DNA of 64,000 nucleotides from Rhina ancylostomus (taxonomy: Eukaryota): the NCBI GenBank assembly GCA_030265395.1, contig JARFYF010000022.1:30646561-30710560 (forward strand). Reading direction: 5' to 3'. A model generated the notes under the pieces. The model saw only the letters and a list, made by a program, of their open reading frames with translations, had not been told where the DNA came from and made no database searches. A program made the translations under genes and the position numbers. Below, in pieces: positions 49,601-63,590 of this stretch; position 1 is the first letter of the stretch; every line of letters begins with the position of its first letter.

Positions 49601-50529
49601 GAAAAAGGGAAGCATTTAAACTTCATTTTACAGCTGAATTGTGTATTGATAAATTAGCCCCCACCAATGCCAAGGAGGCAAGGTCTGCCTCTGTGGAACA
49701 CTGTGAGCTTTAGAAAAACGTAGCTGTGAAATAAATCACTGACACATTCAGCACTGGTACTTAGAACAATGTCTGTTAGCCTTCGCCCGCTGTTTACACT
49801 TGTGGTTGCACTCTAGGACAGCTTAGTATTGCTTTTTTTTTATGGTGTGGTTAAAGTTGACATGGAAGTTGTACTCAAACAAAGGACCCGAGACCAATGA
49901 GCAATGTATTCCCAGTCCGGACTCTCACTGTGCTTCATATTTGGAGATCCAGCAAGGATTACACTGGGTTTTACACCGTCTCTAATGGCAGCTTTGGTGA
50001 AGTATGAGCATTTGGTTTACAGACTCCACAAGAGCTGTGTAGTTTAGATTCTTTATATTGACTGGTGGGAAGAGCACAACCTGGATATTGCCAGTGGTAA
50101 ATTGTCCTGGGGACACTATGTAAACATGCTCCAAGTGATTACACAATCTCTACTCCAATTAGGTTCAATGTCAGACTGTCACACCATCACACAAATTGGA
50201 TTTCTTAATGTATCTTGTAGTGTTACAAACTAGAACACTTTCTGTTCAATTTTGTATATAAAAGTTCTATTTTCCCTTCTAACATGTTTCAATATGAAAC
50301 CAATACTTACATTGAAGAATGAAGGATCAACTATTATAAATTATAATGGCAATTGCACATTGTTCTCTAATCAGAAAAAAAATGAAAATAGCTATCTGCT
50401 TGTATGCCAATGTGTGAATATAGCTGCATATATCTGCATTCTAAAACGTATCACATTTTATTGTTAGGGAAGAGCAAGTGGGAGAAACTACTCTATTACC
50501 ATTGAAATGCTTAGAACTAAAGAGAAAAA

Positions 50530-51741
50530 GACTTACAATTGTGATTTATGATTCATCTTTCACGAGCTCAGCATATCACAAAGTGTCAACTTTTATATCT
50601 ACCTGAGAGTGCATATAAGCCCTTCATTTAAGATCTCATCTGAAAGTGGGCAACTACAACAATGAAAGCACCATTTGTGCTGCATTGTGATGTGGACAAC
50701 GTCAATGTGTATTTATATAGTACGTTCAATGTACCCAAGTGCTTCATATCAGCATTATCAAATGAAATTTGGCAGTAGCCACATAAGATATTAGAGCAGA
50801 TGATCAATTGGTCAACTGTAAATATTTTAAGAGAAGTCTTACAGGAAGAAAGCTGGAAAGGTAAAGGGAGAGAAAGCTTAAAATATTTGCAGCTGTAGTC
50901 ATAGTTGTCAATGCAAGAGCAATTAAATATGTCTTGGACATATTCAAGAAGTCAGAATGAGAGACACACAGTTATTTAAAATCATACATTTATAAAATTG
51001 TTAAGGCATAGAAGGCGGCAATTTAGCCCATCATGTCAATGCTGGCTCCCAGCAGAGCAAATCTATTAGTCCTATTCTCCTGCTCTTCAGGAAGAGATTA
51101 CAGATATATGAAAAGACAAGACAATGGAGGGATTTGAAAACAAGAGCAATAATTTAGAACTTGCATTGGAGCTTCACCAGAATTCAACTCAGTCACTCAG
51201 CACTGAGGTGATAGATGTACAAGGCATGGTGAAGACTAGGACATGTGCAACAGCATGAGATAAAGTATACAAAGGGTACAATGAGAGACAATAGCCAGTA
51301 GTATATTAGAACAGCCATATATAGAGGGAGAAAGATTGTGGATGAAGGTTTCATCAGCAGATGAACTGTGGAGGTGAGGGTGGGATTGGGAGAGGATAGG
51401 TGATGTAATGGAAGTGGTAGTTGTCAATCTTGGTGATCCTACGCTCAACTGAGGTAATTCAATGTTGTGAACAACAGTTCTATTTTGGATAGCTGCTGGG
51501 AACAGGGTGGGGGGGGGGTGGGGTACGTGGTGGTGAGAATCAGAGGGTGATGATTGGTGTTTATAACAGGAACCAAGACAAAGGCGATGGTCTTCCCAAT
51601 GAGACATTTCTGCACATCTAATACTGGATTTTTTTTTGAATTTAGAGACAGTGATCAATCTTGACTTGTGCATGATTCTCTGAAGTGAGACTTCAGTCTA
51701 AAAGCTTCCAACATAGATACAAGAGTGCAACTGTCAAGCCA
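50530..51741 (-). mobile_element. Nested insertion: DeuSINE-like element split by L2, itself interrupted by a CR1-type tail
   Basis: SINE tail and Deu domain at 50530-50696 (tttaagatctcatctgaaag...gcacc...tgcattg), L2 3' end from ~50697 (tgtatttatatagtac), CR1 tail at 50980-51088 (gcatagaaggcggcaatttagcccatcatgtc), SINE head remnant at 51680-51741 (gagacttcag...gagtgcaactg). Confidence 0.6.
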
Positions 51742-53759
51742 CCTTCATTAATTTCAAAATATGCTCAGGTGGTCCAGTGAGATTCACATTAACACAAAAG
51801 ATGTAGAGCAATAAAATGGGCCTATTAAATTTGTTCAAATCAATAATATGGAGCTGACTAAAGGCCTTGCTATTGAATAAGAAATGGCTGGAAAGCTGGC
51901 AGGAATCAGCCACTATTAAATGAAACAATGTTTAATGTCACTTTATTCTAACTGAATTGATAATATACATGCTTAGATGTATCACAATGCTCTGCTAAAT
52001 TTTAAATATTCTGGTGGACAGAACTCCCAAAGTACATGTTAAAAATACTTTGTAGTAAGTTTTTATAGAGCCTGGAGATCTACTGCCTGAGTGCTTTTTA
52101 AACCTGCCATATCACTGCACTACCGTTCTGTTCCATTTAATGTCAAGCATAAGTGTTTTCAGGTGACCTCCCTGAGAGGGTCTCAGTGCTGCAATGTATA
52201 ATCAGATCACAGACTGACTCCAAAATTATAATGTCTAACTTTAAGACTGTAAATAGTCACATAGCTCTTGCCCCCACCCACCCTCACCTCCACAGCTCAT
52301 GTAAGTCCATACTCTTGCTCCCTCTATATATGCCTGTTCAGTTGTAATGGTCCAGATGTGATTAGTGCATGGATCACTTCACTACTCAGTGCAATAATGC
52401 TCAGGTGACTGAAGATGCCTTCTCCAAACTTAGGTTAAACCTTAAGGAAATGTTTTAAGTATCAATATATTTTAAGTAAAAACTGCTCTGCACAAACCTA
52501 AAACTATTATAAATAATAGATTTAAATGATCAATAAGTCCTTAGCACAAAATGAATAAAATTATACAGTTGAAGTTGTATAGTGAGATCTTGGTGTATAT
52601 TAGTGCTGATGAAACACACAAAATGATTTAATGACACCACTAAAACAGAAGACCAAAGAATTTCATACCAATTTGTGAAGCATTCACACTCTAACCTCAG
52701 ACAGCACAGATTTTATTCTTAGGGCTATATTTTAAGACTTTACAGTTTCTCATAGAAATGACTGAGCATTTGGCCAGAGGTGTTAAGCCTTTAGGTGAAG
52801 TGGAAACCTGAAGCTGTGTGCAAATTTTTTTGCACTTTTTGCACAGCTGAAGCCTGGACCTTCTTTGCAAGTACATTTTAACAGTCAGTACAGCCACTTC
52901 TTTTTTTAAAGAATAACCTGTTGTAGTTAATAGGCAAAATATCTATCTGATCTATGTTACCTGCCTAATAACAGCCTAAATGTGTGTAGAAGCATTTAGA
53001 GGTTCAATGGAAGTCAAGGGGTCCTCTCTGTACAACGAAGATACTCAGACATCTCAATCCTACGGTTTCCAATCACAGAATTGTTAAATTGTATTCTTAA
53101 TATTGATAAAGGTATTTTCTTTTGCAATATCTAGTTTTTTTTAAATTCTAAGATTCATTGCAACTGAATGTCAAGATGGCAAGCATTTCAATGGATGCAC
53201 AAGAAGCTACATTATCTCGAGGGATCTCACTGTCATGGGGTACCTCAAATGCTAAAAGAATGGCAAATAATCCATTAACTGTGCTCCTAATACATCCTAA
53301 TGTGAATTACAGGGACAAGGCCTTAACCAAGTCCTGTCAACCATGTCACAGCAACTTTCTACATGACTATGACCTAATAGGTCAATTCAGTCTGTTGAAA
53401 ATAGAATGGAATTGTTTCAAATGCAGCAATACATGTTTAGTCAATGATTTACAATGATGTGGGATGTTACATCAAGTATATTGGTTAATTAAAAATTTAT
53501 GTTATCCAATAATCTGTGTGTACAGATTAAGCTCAAACAAGGGGTTGACTGCTGCCTTCAAATTGTTCCTAAATATCTATTATTTCACTTCCTGCATGTA
53601 TAACAGCATTCAAAAGTGTTCTTACTTAATCTGAAAGATTTTTAACTACCAGTCTCTCCACAATTAGATTCACACTGAATGTATAATGATTGTGACAATA
53701 CTACTGCAGGTTTATAATTCTTAGCTCCCTAATGCCACAGGGTAAATGTACTATAGACT

Positions 53760-54010
53760 ACCATATTGAGCCAGACAAGAAGCGTCCTAAATTAAATCCC
53801 TGGTCTGCCTGGATTAATCTGCTCTCAACTCGGACAATACCATGAGCTAGGGATGTTAAGGAAAAGCTCTTGCTTCTCACCTCTGATTCCTATCCAATGA
53901 CCCCTGCTGGACAATGCACATCTAAGCACTGTATAAAAATCAGTTTCAGTTGAGTTTCTCTTCATGATCAAACTACCTGCCACCAGTCATATATTTGGAT
54001 AGATAATGGA
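53760..54010 (+). mobile_element. Diverged tRNA-derived SINE-like element
   Basis: aatccctggtctg...gctaggga...ctgattcctatccaatgacccctgctgga, homologous to 10470-10760. Confidence 0.55.
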
Positions 54011-56854
54011 AAGTGTCCAAAAGCTGTAAAGTCATACTCCATCAGGAAAGGTCTTTGACATCAGAAAATATTGTAAAAATATGTAATCACTCAACTAGGT
54101 TGGGCTACAGCCAGAAAATGTGAGAAAGTGCCCGGAGTCCAGTCCGTGCCTCATGTATTCCAGTGACCATCATTTACTCACAACTTTGTTGTTTTAGAGA
54201 TATCAAGCCTAGTCATTTGAGAGATGTAAATTATGATCCCTGGATGACATAACAAGAATTATGTTTTTAATGACAGGTGAGTTTTCAAGCATGAAATACA
54301 TCTGGTATATATCACCCATGTTGTCACTCATTTATTTGATGCCAATATGCAGAAAAGAGAATTAGGCTTAAGCTGAAAGAAAGTAATGTTGTGGCAATAT
54401 GCATTTTGTGTGATATACTGAATTCCTGAAATTGTTCTCAGTTGTTGGCTTGTAACAATTCAAACTTCACATTAGATTTCTAAAGCTCCATTTCTTTCTT
54501 ACCAAGTGTAAGCCATGATGGCAGTTCATAATTATTGCATTTCACAGTTCAAATGGAAATACTGCAAAATGCCTTTGCACTCACAATTATGTTTTTATTT
54601 ATATCTTAGTGATAGCAATAAACTTATTCTACTAACTCTAGGATTATAACTCTAATCAGATTGGATGAAGATTTATTCCTTTATGGGGGAAAAACTATAT
54701 TGTTGTCTTTTAATCAGTGTCAACAAGCAACTGTCTGCAGTGGATGACTTCCGTGAACAAAAGAACAGAGGCTATAAGCCACAGAATTGGCATAGCATAG
54801 AGCCTTTATCAGTCAAATGGATTTCCAGTTTAAAATAAGTATTCAGTCCAGTTGATAGTGACCACAACTTTCAGTCTATAAACTAAACCTTTGGCCCATA
54901 GGTCACAGAATTGACCTCTATTGTGCAATAATACTCTCAGCCTTCGATTTTGGGTATTATAACTCAATTAATCACTCTGCAACTCTGCAGTCAATAGTTT
55001 ACTGCTGTAGATCTCAAATAGTCAATATCTGGATAAAATATATCTTGCATCTTGACGAACTCAATATATTCTATTGGATTACAGATTAAATAAAGCATAA
55101 GAGTTAAGTGCTACTTAAACACTGCAGTTTTTTAAAATGCAGCTGTATGACTGTGCACAAGGTGCAGCCTTGGGATCTGTTAATTACAATTGAACTCTCT
55201 GAGGATTATAGAAGCATATTTGCATCATGTCAAGAATACATACACATATAAAATCAACTTCAGGAATGGGCACTTTCTCCCTAGGGTGTAAATAATTAAA
55301 CATTATTCCGTTTGTATACCTAATGTTTTGCTTATGATTAGTCTCCTGTTACAAACTTGAGTATTGCATGTTTAATAAGAAATATGATTTGTCAGCAAAT
55401 AATTACTTCGACATGTTAATGAAGTCAAGGTTGCCTCAATTGTTTTTCAAATATTCAGCGAAAAAAGTCCAACGATTAAATATAATAGAGGCAACTTAGA
55501 TTCCATAAAACTGACGATTGTTTTCCATTACGTCCTTGGAATAAGTCTTGAGGGCTTGATCATGGTGTTAGGGATCAGAGTGCATAAGATGGGAAAGTCT
55601 AAGAAAATGTTCAGAGTTTGAGTTCTATTTCTCACTTTTGCAAAATAGACTAACACTATTTAAAATTGGGTGAACGTCCATATGCAGACGATATACGGGC
55701 CCCATACAGACTATAAACTACTCCGTATGTTTTCTCAATAAGAATTGTTCCTATATATCTGCAGCTGTTGGCACACATTTTCAAATACATTGTTGAAAAC
55801 TCCAAAATGTTTGCTCTTTGGACAGGGTGAGCTTGAATTCACGACAATACCGTATGTGTACTTTTCCAAACTTTATGACCTGCTCTGGAGAAGCCAGAGA
55901 AATGGATAGTTCCCTTGACTCTCTCCCTAACACACGGCCAGTTGGAGAGTACGGTTCGTGGTTCTACTGCATGCTACTATTGACTACTGCTGCTGGTGGT
56001 GCTTTGGTCTCCGGAGCCTGCAGAATGAACGGATCTGTGGCTGGAACCGTTTGCAGAAGAATGAATCTTGCAAAAATCACATCCTGAGTGTTCGCCAAGC
56101 CTAGAGGGAGAAATCGCCAAAGATTCACCAACTCCGAGCTGCTCCGCGAACAAAATCACACACAACTGAGCACTACACAACTGTGCTTGTTAAACTAATC
56201 AAACTAAAAGCCGTTCGCAAACAACATCTATTTCTCTAATGGGATGAGGGGGCATTCAATCCAGTATCGCNNNNNNNNNNNNNNNNNNNNNNNNNNNNNN
56301 NNNNNNNNNNNNNNNNNNNNNNNNNNNNNNNNNNNNNNNNNNNNNNNNNNNNNNNNNNNNNNNNNNNNNNATCCAGTATCGCGTCAAGTAATTTTAAGTA
56401 TATATGATGGGACCTTTAGTTGCGCATATCTGTGCTGCATGTTCACATCTTGCAGGGCTAAATTGCAGTGAATTACGTTAGGATGAATTGAATAGCCCCG
56501 GCACCACAATGTCCTTTCAGACCTACTCGCTCTGCTGCTTTGACTTGTGCCCGCTGTGATGGGAAATCTGAGCCTCTGTCAGCCAGCCCCGACCTTAACC
56601 CTGTTTGACAGCCCACACTCCTCTCCCGGTCACTGGCAATCTCCTTTTAATCTTTTCACAGTTGCCTTTCCATTACAACTGAAATGTTTGTGTCAAGTAG
56701 AAGTGTTTTCTCGATCATTGTTTCCCCTTCGCGGTACTCTGTTCTTTTCAACATTCGTGAACATTTGCTCTCGAGTGTCTCTGGTTCCTGTTGGCCACCA
56801 ATATGTTGGTTCACCTTTTTATCCTCTTCATTCTGTCTGTTCCCTTTTGTCCCT

Positions 56855-57035
56855 CCTCCCCCCCCCCCCGCCCCCGCTTCTCTGTCTATCACCCTTCTCT
56901 CCCCTTTTGCGCTGGTACAGATTCTCTGTCCAGTCCAAACGTCAAGGATAAGGAGCAAGCATTATTTGAACGGACGCGCCATATAAAGGTGCTCAGGATA
57001 CACATAGGCGGGGCTACTTTCCCTCCCAGGGGAAC
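56855..57035 (+). promoter_or_regulatory. Motif cluster: GC boxes, TATA/CArG-like element, EBF/COE site
   Basis: ccccgcccccgc (~56866-56877), ccatataaagg (56979-56989), ggcggggc (57007-57014), tcccagggga (57024-57033). Confidence 0.35.
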
Positions 57036-60000
57036 ATAAACTAGGTCTGCAGCACCTGCAATATTTAAAGCTGGATATGGTGATATCTGAAGTCTCGGGT
57101 TTGTTTTAAGGGGGAATCCATCTGCGCTCTGAGTGGAATCTGGAGGAGGAGGTGGGATGGTGGATGGAGTCGGTGGGAAGAACCATAGGCTCCGATTGTA
57201 CACCTCAGGTGAAATATTTCAAACTGCAAAAATATTTTAAAAGTAAACACAGTAAAAGCAACTTTCAAACCTATTAGTTTGACCTGAAATAACTGAAGTA
57301 AAATGAACCTACAATAACCTGGATTATGTCCGTCCCGGTCTATTTTCGAGTGGTGCAGAAAGTCAATTAACCCTAGAAATGCTAGCGTGCATCAGGGAGC
57401 TGAAGAGTTCAGCTCAACAGTGATATTTGAATAGCACGTTAAACAAACATTTCCCCCAATCCCTGTAAAATAAAATGTACAATTTACATCTTTTGATTTA
57501 AAAGCTTTAAGATCTATTGGATCGTCATCAGATGACATTAATTCTTTGGAATGCATTTTATTTTAACCAAGTGAAACTTTCGCCGTATGACAGTCAGCAG
57601 AAGTATTTACTTTCCATTGCAATAACTAATCAAACTGTTAGTTGGAGCGATACATGCTCACTTCGAAGAAGCAACTCCTTTTTTTTCAAGGCAGGTTTTA
57701 GTAAATGTACATTTTCAACTTTAATTATTCCAGGGGCTCTGCGCAATTAGGTGATATACAAACTACAAACCAGCAAATGATCGCATTGATATGCTCAAGG
57801 ACATCAAAAACAAAGGGAATTTATTTTATATCATACTAGTTTAAAATGCCTTTAGAATTTTGACTTTTACTTTAAACTTCTGAAGGGTGCTGTCCATTTA
57901 GCTCCCACCACCTCTAAATTATTCAGAATTTCATTTAATGGAAAATATGACGAGAACGTTGAATTGCAAGTTGCTGATGGTCCCTTTCCAATTTTGCCTT
58001 TGATTCATATTCTCATTAAGTTCAATTTGTGCTTTAAATTAGACGCGTTTCTTGGACAAACAATAATGATGTCGTTGCAGTTTAACTCATTCCAAATGCA
58101 TTCCGCTTAGTTTGTGAATATGCAAAGACTCTAGTTTAGTTGAGGGTTGAAATGTAACCGATACTGAACCTTAGGTTGATTTGCAAATGATCACAGGTCA
58201 AATAACTAATCTGAAGAAACACATGTTAAAATGATAGGGGAAACCAGATTATTGCTTTAAAAATTGCCTTGATTGAACAGGCCGGTAGTCAGCAGCAATC
58301 AATAAACGGAACAGTCCATTAGGAGAAGTAAAATTACTACAAAATTGTTCTTTGTTTATTTTAGTTTAGTGGCTATGCCTGAATCTCTTTACTATTATTA
58401 TCTAACTTTGCCTTTAATTTTTATTAGATATGTTAATATCCAGCGTATATTCCACCCGTCTTACAAAATGCCAGTTTACAAACTACTAGAAATTCACTAT
58501 AAAATAGAAACATGCACTTTTAAAAGCGTCAAAAATTCAAAATATATGAGCGCCGTTTTTAATTTACTTTTTATCATAATGTAAATATGATAAAAAAATA
58601 CCTGAGCTATAGAATATTGGATATGAACTAAACTAATGGCATATCGCGATTGCAGAGTCTATATCTGTCAACAATTTAAATATCACACCCCTGCTGTTGA
58701 CTCCAAACTTTAGCCTTGTAGCTCCTCGGTAGGTGTTTATTATGTGAAATATATACTGCCTTAATCAAGTGTCCCTGCTGTTCACGGCTGTAGAGGTTGA
58801 AGAATGTGAAAAGAGAATAACCCAAGACTCAGTGGAGTCTCTTTTTAAGACGCCTCTATTGAGATCCCAGACATTGCAGTTTAGCTCTGTAGTATGGGCA
58901 CAATCTGCTGAATTTGCAATCTAATTATAAATGTGCCATTTGGACCTCCTTTCAGCTTCAGTGCCACCATACCTTATGAGGGAAGTTACTTTAACAGCAA
59001 GCAACAAGTCAGACAGCTGTTCAAAACAAAATGCCATTAGCAGATCAACTTTTCCCTAACACTGGGACTAGCCAGGGTATTGTTTTACAAACAGTCTTAC
59101 AGCATTAGTTGCATTATGTATATCGAAGAATGGTTATAAAATGAAGTGCATCTAAATAACCTATAAGAACGGTCAATAAAATCTATCTTGATGTTCGTTT
59201 GCTGTGCAGAGAAATCACATGAAAGCAAATCGACACATCGTTTTTACAGACTGCTGTTAACATCAGAGGATTTGTTTAGTACATACACCATGCAAATGCC
59301 TTCCTGCGAGACTCTCATTATATATGGTTATTCAGAATAAATTCTCGATTAGTCGTTACACCAGTAGAAAAACTGAAGTATTGTGTTTTCTACATGTGTC
59401 TATCAGATGAAATTTCTAATGAACAGTTTCAATGTAGTTAACAATTCATCAATAGTGTCTAATCGAGATGTTTACCTTTAGGTTTACTATTTAATTATGC
59501 CTATTTAATAATACCTATTTATGAATGACACATGCACATCACAAAGAGAAAAAAGGCTACATTTAAACTATGTACAGAAAGGTATAGCTGTGTGACACAG
59601 ACCGTTTTCATAACTACATTTTAAAATCAGTCGAAGATGACAATTCTTGAGCATATTAGCATCAATTCGGAAAGTGATGTGTGCGTCATGCTAATAAAAT
59701 GGGAGAGATGTAATATTGCAAATGACTTCCAAAACCTTACAATAAACAGATGTGATGTGGTTAAACACGCTGCTTATCTGCGCTGAACATGCGAGTTCTT
59801 TTTTATTTCTGGTGAAAGTTTTGACTCAGTATTTTGGGAAACACCCCTGACCCAAATGTCAGAAAGAGCTAATCTCTTCTCCCCAGACAACTTTCACATT
59901 CACTCTCTCCTCCCCACACCGCCCCCACCTTCCCGTCACCAAGGGAAAACAATAACTGGCACGACAATAATTGTCTTTTTAAAAATTTCTCTCTCGTTCT

Positions 60001-61982
60001 CCTTCTCCAACCAAAAAAGTGTGAATAAAGGAAGGTCAGCTATCAAATCGATAACATCAGGGTTTCTAACTGGTAAACAGGCATTGTCCCATTTAGAGAT
60101 ACCATTTAACGCTTTCCTTCTTTCAAGCAATGGGTGGAACAGTTATTGCAATATTTCACAGAAAAAAATACCTTATTCGGATTTCAAACAGCACGTCACC
60201 GATGGGGCCACAGAAAGAAATACCCCAAATTACTTTAAAGAAGCGTGTATTTGTTAAGAAAGTGTGTCGATGCATTCAATATTAAAATTAAAAGCAGATT
60301 TAAAGATGAGCTCCACGCCAAACAAAACATAAATATTCTGATTTTTTGAATAAGGAAACTGGGTGCATGAATATAAAACTGTATAAAACTTCCTAAACAA
60401 TACAGTTATTGTTATCCGATCGATATCCATACAGTTTGGGGGAAATTGTGTAGTTCTGCATTTCATTATTGTTCGAAAATAATGTTATCAGTGGTGTTTC
60501 AAAGTAAATTTTACGACTCACGTTTGGCCCCTGTAGTTGACAGAAGTGCGTGATCGCGCCAATGAACTGCTATATGGAAAGGTTGGGTATTGTCTCCTTA
60601 TGAGTCGGTCTTTGGATGTCTGTTTTATTTTAATTTACGTGCTTGTGCATTCTTCTCAGGTCAATTTGCATGACCCTCCCCGGCAGAACTAACTAAAAAA
60701 ATTTATCTCAGACAAAGGCAAGAATGGGTAAACTCGCAGAAATGCCTGCGTTATAAATTCTTTTTTTTAAAAAAAATAGTTTAATACAAACATCAGACAG
60801 CATCTTAAGCGTCCAGATTGCAACTTTATAATTCTGTAATCAGAGGCTTTCCACAGGCGGTACTTAACATCTAGTACCGCGGTGTGGACAGAGTCGAAAT
60901 TGCCGCCTGCCTGTATCAGGGAACTGTTGCTAATTGTTTCTATACTACACGGGTGACCAGTGCAACATGAACTAAACTTCGCGTTATTAATTCAAGGTGC
61001 TGCGACACTATCATTTTCAAAACGAAATCACAGCTTTTCCGAAAATCTTATCTCCCTACTTGTATTCGGAAACGCCGGGGTCTGGATTCCTTCCTCTTTC
61101 CCACCCCAGATTGCTTGGTGAAACTCCGATTCCCAGTGTACGGGATGATCGCCTTCCAAAGCGTGCGGTTTGGCGTAAAGAGCAGCTCGTGAAAGGAAAG
61201 AATAGGGGTTGCTGGGGGGGGGGGGGGGAGAGAGACTTCTTTCATGTTTGTGGGGAGCACAAAGATTTCAATTTTTAATAACTCGCGAGGATTTTTAGAT
61301 TATAGATGACTAAATGAAGTTGGGGGGGGGGGTGGCGGTTTNNNNNNNNNNNNNNNNNNNNNNNNNNNNNNNNNNNNNNNNNNNNNNNNNNNNNNNNNNN
61401 NNNNNNNNNNNNNNNNNNNNNNNNNNNNNNNNNNNNNNNNNNNNNNNNNNNNNNNNNNNNNNNNNNNNNNNNNNNNNNNNNNNNNNNNNNNNNNNNNNNN
61501 NNNNNNNNNNNNNNNNNNNNNNNNNNNNNNNNNNNNNNNNNNNNNNNNNNNNNNNNNNNNNNNNNNNNNNNNNNNNNNNNNNNNNNNNNNNNNNNNNNNN
61601 NNNNNNNNNNNNNNNNNNNNNNNNNNNNNNNNNNNNNNNNNNNNNNNNNNNNNNNNNNNNNNNNNNNNNNNNNNNNNNNNNNNNNNNNNNNNNNNNNNNN
61701 NNNNNNNNNNNNNNNNNNNNNNNNNNNNNNNNNNNNNNNNNNNNGGCCGAATCGCTGGCAGAAGGTGCCGATGGGCTGCCGAAAAATAATATTGCTATTC
61801 TCTGTGGAACAAGTGAAGGCGATGGTTAGTGCTGTCAATCTTGGCGATCAATTCCAGCGGCCATGTCGCAAGTATTCAAAGCATTTCCCGTCGTGCAACA
61901 TCAGAAAGTGAATGGCCAGGGCATTGATCTTATGGCTCCCCCCTCGCAACCAGCCTTGATGTCTACTGCTCCCAAGACCAGC

Positions 61983-62022
61983 GAGAGAGAGAGGGAGAGA
62001 GAGAGAGAGGAGAGAGAGTGAG
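61983..62022 (+). repeat. Imperfect (GA)n microsatellite
   Basis: gagagagagagggagagagagagagaggagagagagtgag. Confidence 0.95.
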
Positions 62023-63557
62023 GGTCTGAGGCAAGAGGGGAAGAGATCGGCCAGTCACCGGGCCAACTCATGCTACATGCAACACAGCCAGCTATTTACA
62101 TCCACACGCTGGTCAGAGATTGCTGAACTTCGCAAACGCGAACTAATGTAACACATCAAAACTGAAAGAAAACCCAACTTCCCCTCGCTCTCTCGCCGAT
62201 CAGCACACAGACCACAGCCTCTACCGTTCCCACGCATTTCAGAAAATCTGCCAATTTCCGCGTTAATGTTCCTGAACTTTTTTTGTTTAAAAAGCCAGTA
62301 TTTTAATTAAAGAAACCGNNNNNNNNNNNNNNNNNNNNNNNNNNNNNNNNNNNNNNNNNNNNNNNNNNNNNNNNNNNNNNNNNNNNNNNNNNNNNNNNNN
62401 NNNNNNNNNNNNNNNNNNNNNNNNNNNNNNNNNNNNNNNNNNNNNNNNNNNNNNNNNNNNNNNNNNNNNNNNNNNNNNNNNNNNNNNNNNNNNNNNNNNN
62501 NNNNNNNNNNNNNNNNNNNNNNNNNNNNNNNNNNNNNNNNNNNNNNNNNNNNNNNNNNNNNNNNNNNNNNNNNNNNNNNNNNNNNNNNNNNNNNNNNNNN
62601 NNNNNNNNNNNNNNNNNNNNNNNNNNNNNNNNNNNNNNNNNNNNNNNNNNNNNNNNNNNNNNNNNNNNNNNNNNNNNNNNNNNNNNNNNNNNNNNNNNNN
62701 NNNNNNNNNNNNNNNNNNNNNNNNNNNNNNNNNNNNNNNNNNNNNNNNNNNNNNNNNNNNNNNNNNNNNNNNNNNNNNNNNNNNNNNNNNNNNNNNNNNN
62801 NNNNNNNNNNNNNNNNNNNNNNNNNNNNTTTGCAACCTTGTCTTTTTTAAAATCTGGAACTTCGCTGCCCAATTTGATTATGTCACTAAAGTTAAACCTA
62901 TTAATGTCAGCCGGTATGAAGATGTAACAGATCGCTGTACCTGGAATCAACGGCAACATCAATGAAACTGACACCTAGCTAGTAATGTGATCAATCTGTA
63001 TTATATTACAACGCAGCAGCCATAAGGGTACATAGGTTATATGTACAACCAGCAACCCCCCCCCCAAACTGAAATCACANNNNNNNNNNACACAACAAAA
63101 TGACCCCTGCTCACCCTTGCCTGGCAGCTGTTATCAATACAGATAAACTTCCAGCTCTCCGTTAAAATGATACCGAATTACAAAAGCTTTACTATCTACT
63201 GCTGTCGGTAAGTGTTCACTGAAGCAGCTTATTCTATTATCAGGCGAAGTGAAAAGGAAAGCAAGCTAGTAAACGCGTAACAGGTACCGTCACGAAAACT
63301 ACCACGCCGATCAGTAATCTGCATATTCCACATTTCATAATTATATTGCCCGCACACAGAATAAAATTCAGATTCAAGGATATCTTCATACCCACAATGT
63401 TGAATATAACCCAAATATGTATTAGTGTCACAATTATTAAAATGTAACAGTGTGCGAATCGTTCAGCAGATTGTATATTTCAGGTAGCTGTTTAACAGCG
63501 GAATCTTGATCGTAATCTTAACCAGACATATACGGATGAAGGCTGCTGTACTCCAGG

Positions 63558-63559
<2 letters not shown>

Positions 63560-63588
<29 letters not shown>
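63560..63588 (+). repeat. (CA)14 microsatellite
   Basis: Perfect CA run. Confidence 0.97.

Positions 63589-63590
<2 letters not shown>

Noticed and set aside
55818-56180. Overlapping 89-aa (+) and 67-aa (-) ORFs
   Set aside because: No recognisable domain and non-ATG starts. Local GC richness explains the open frames.
56259-56382. atccagtatcgc duplicated on both sides of a 100-N gap
   Set aside because: Most likely an unmerged contig overlap rather than a biological TSD.
21264-62974. The longest ORFs in the track (e.g. 22322-22833, 40098-40809, 41735-42084, 61275-61838, 62287-62974)
   Set aside because: They are open only because they run through N gaps.
63201-63213. gctgtcggtaagt resembling the 3' half of miR-181
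   Set aside because: The 5' seed AACATTCA is absent. A splice-donor-like motif or chance explains it better.
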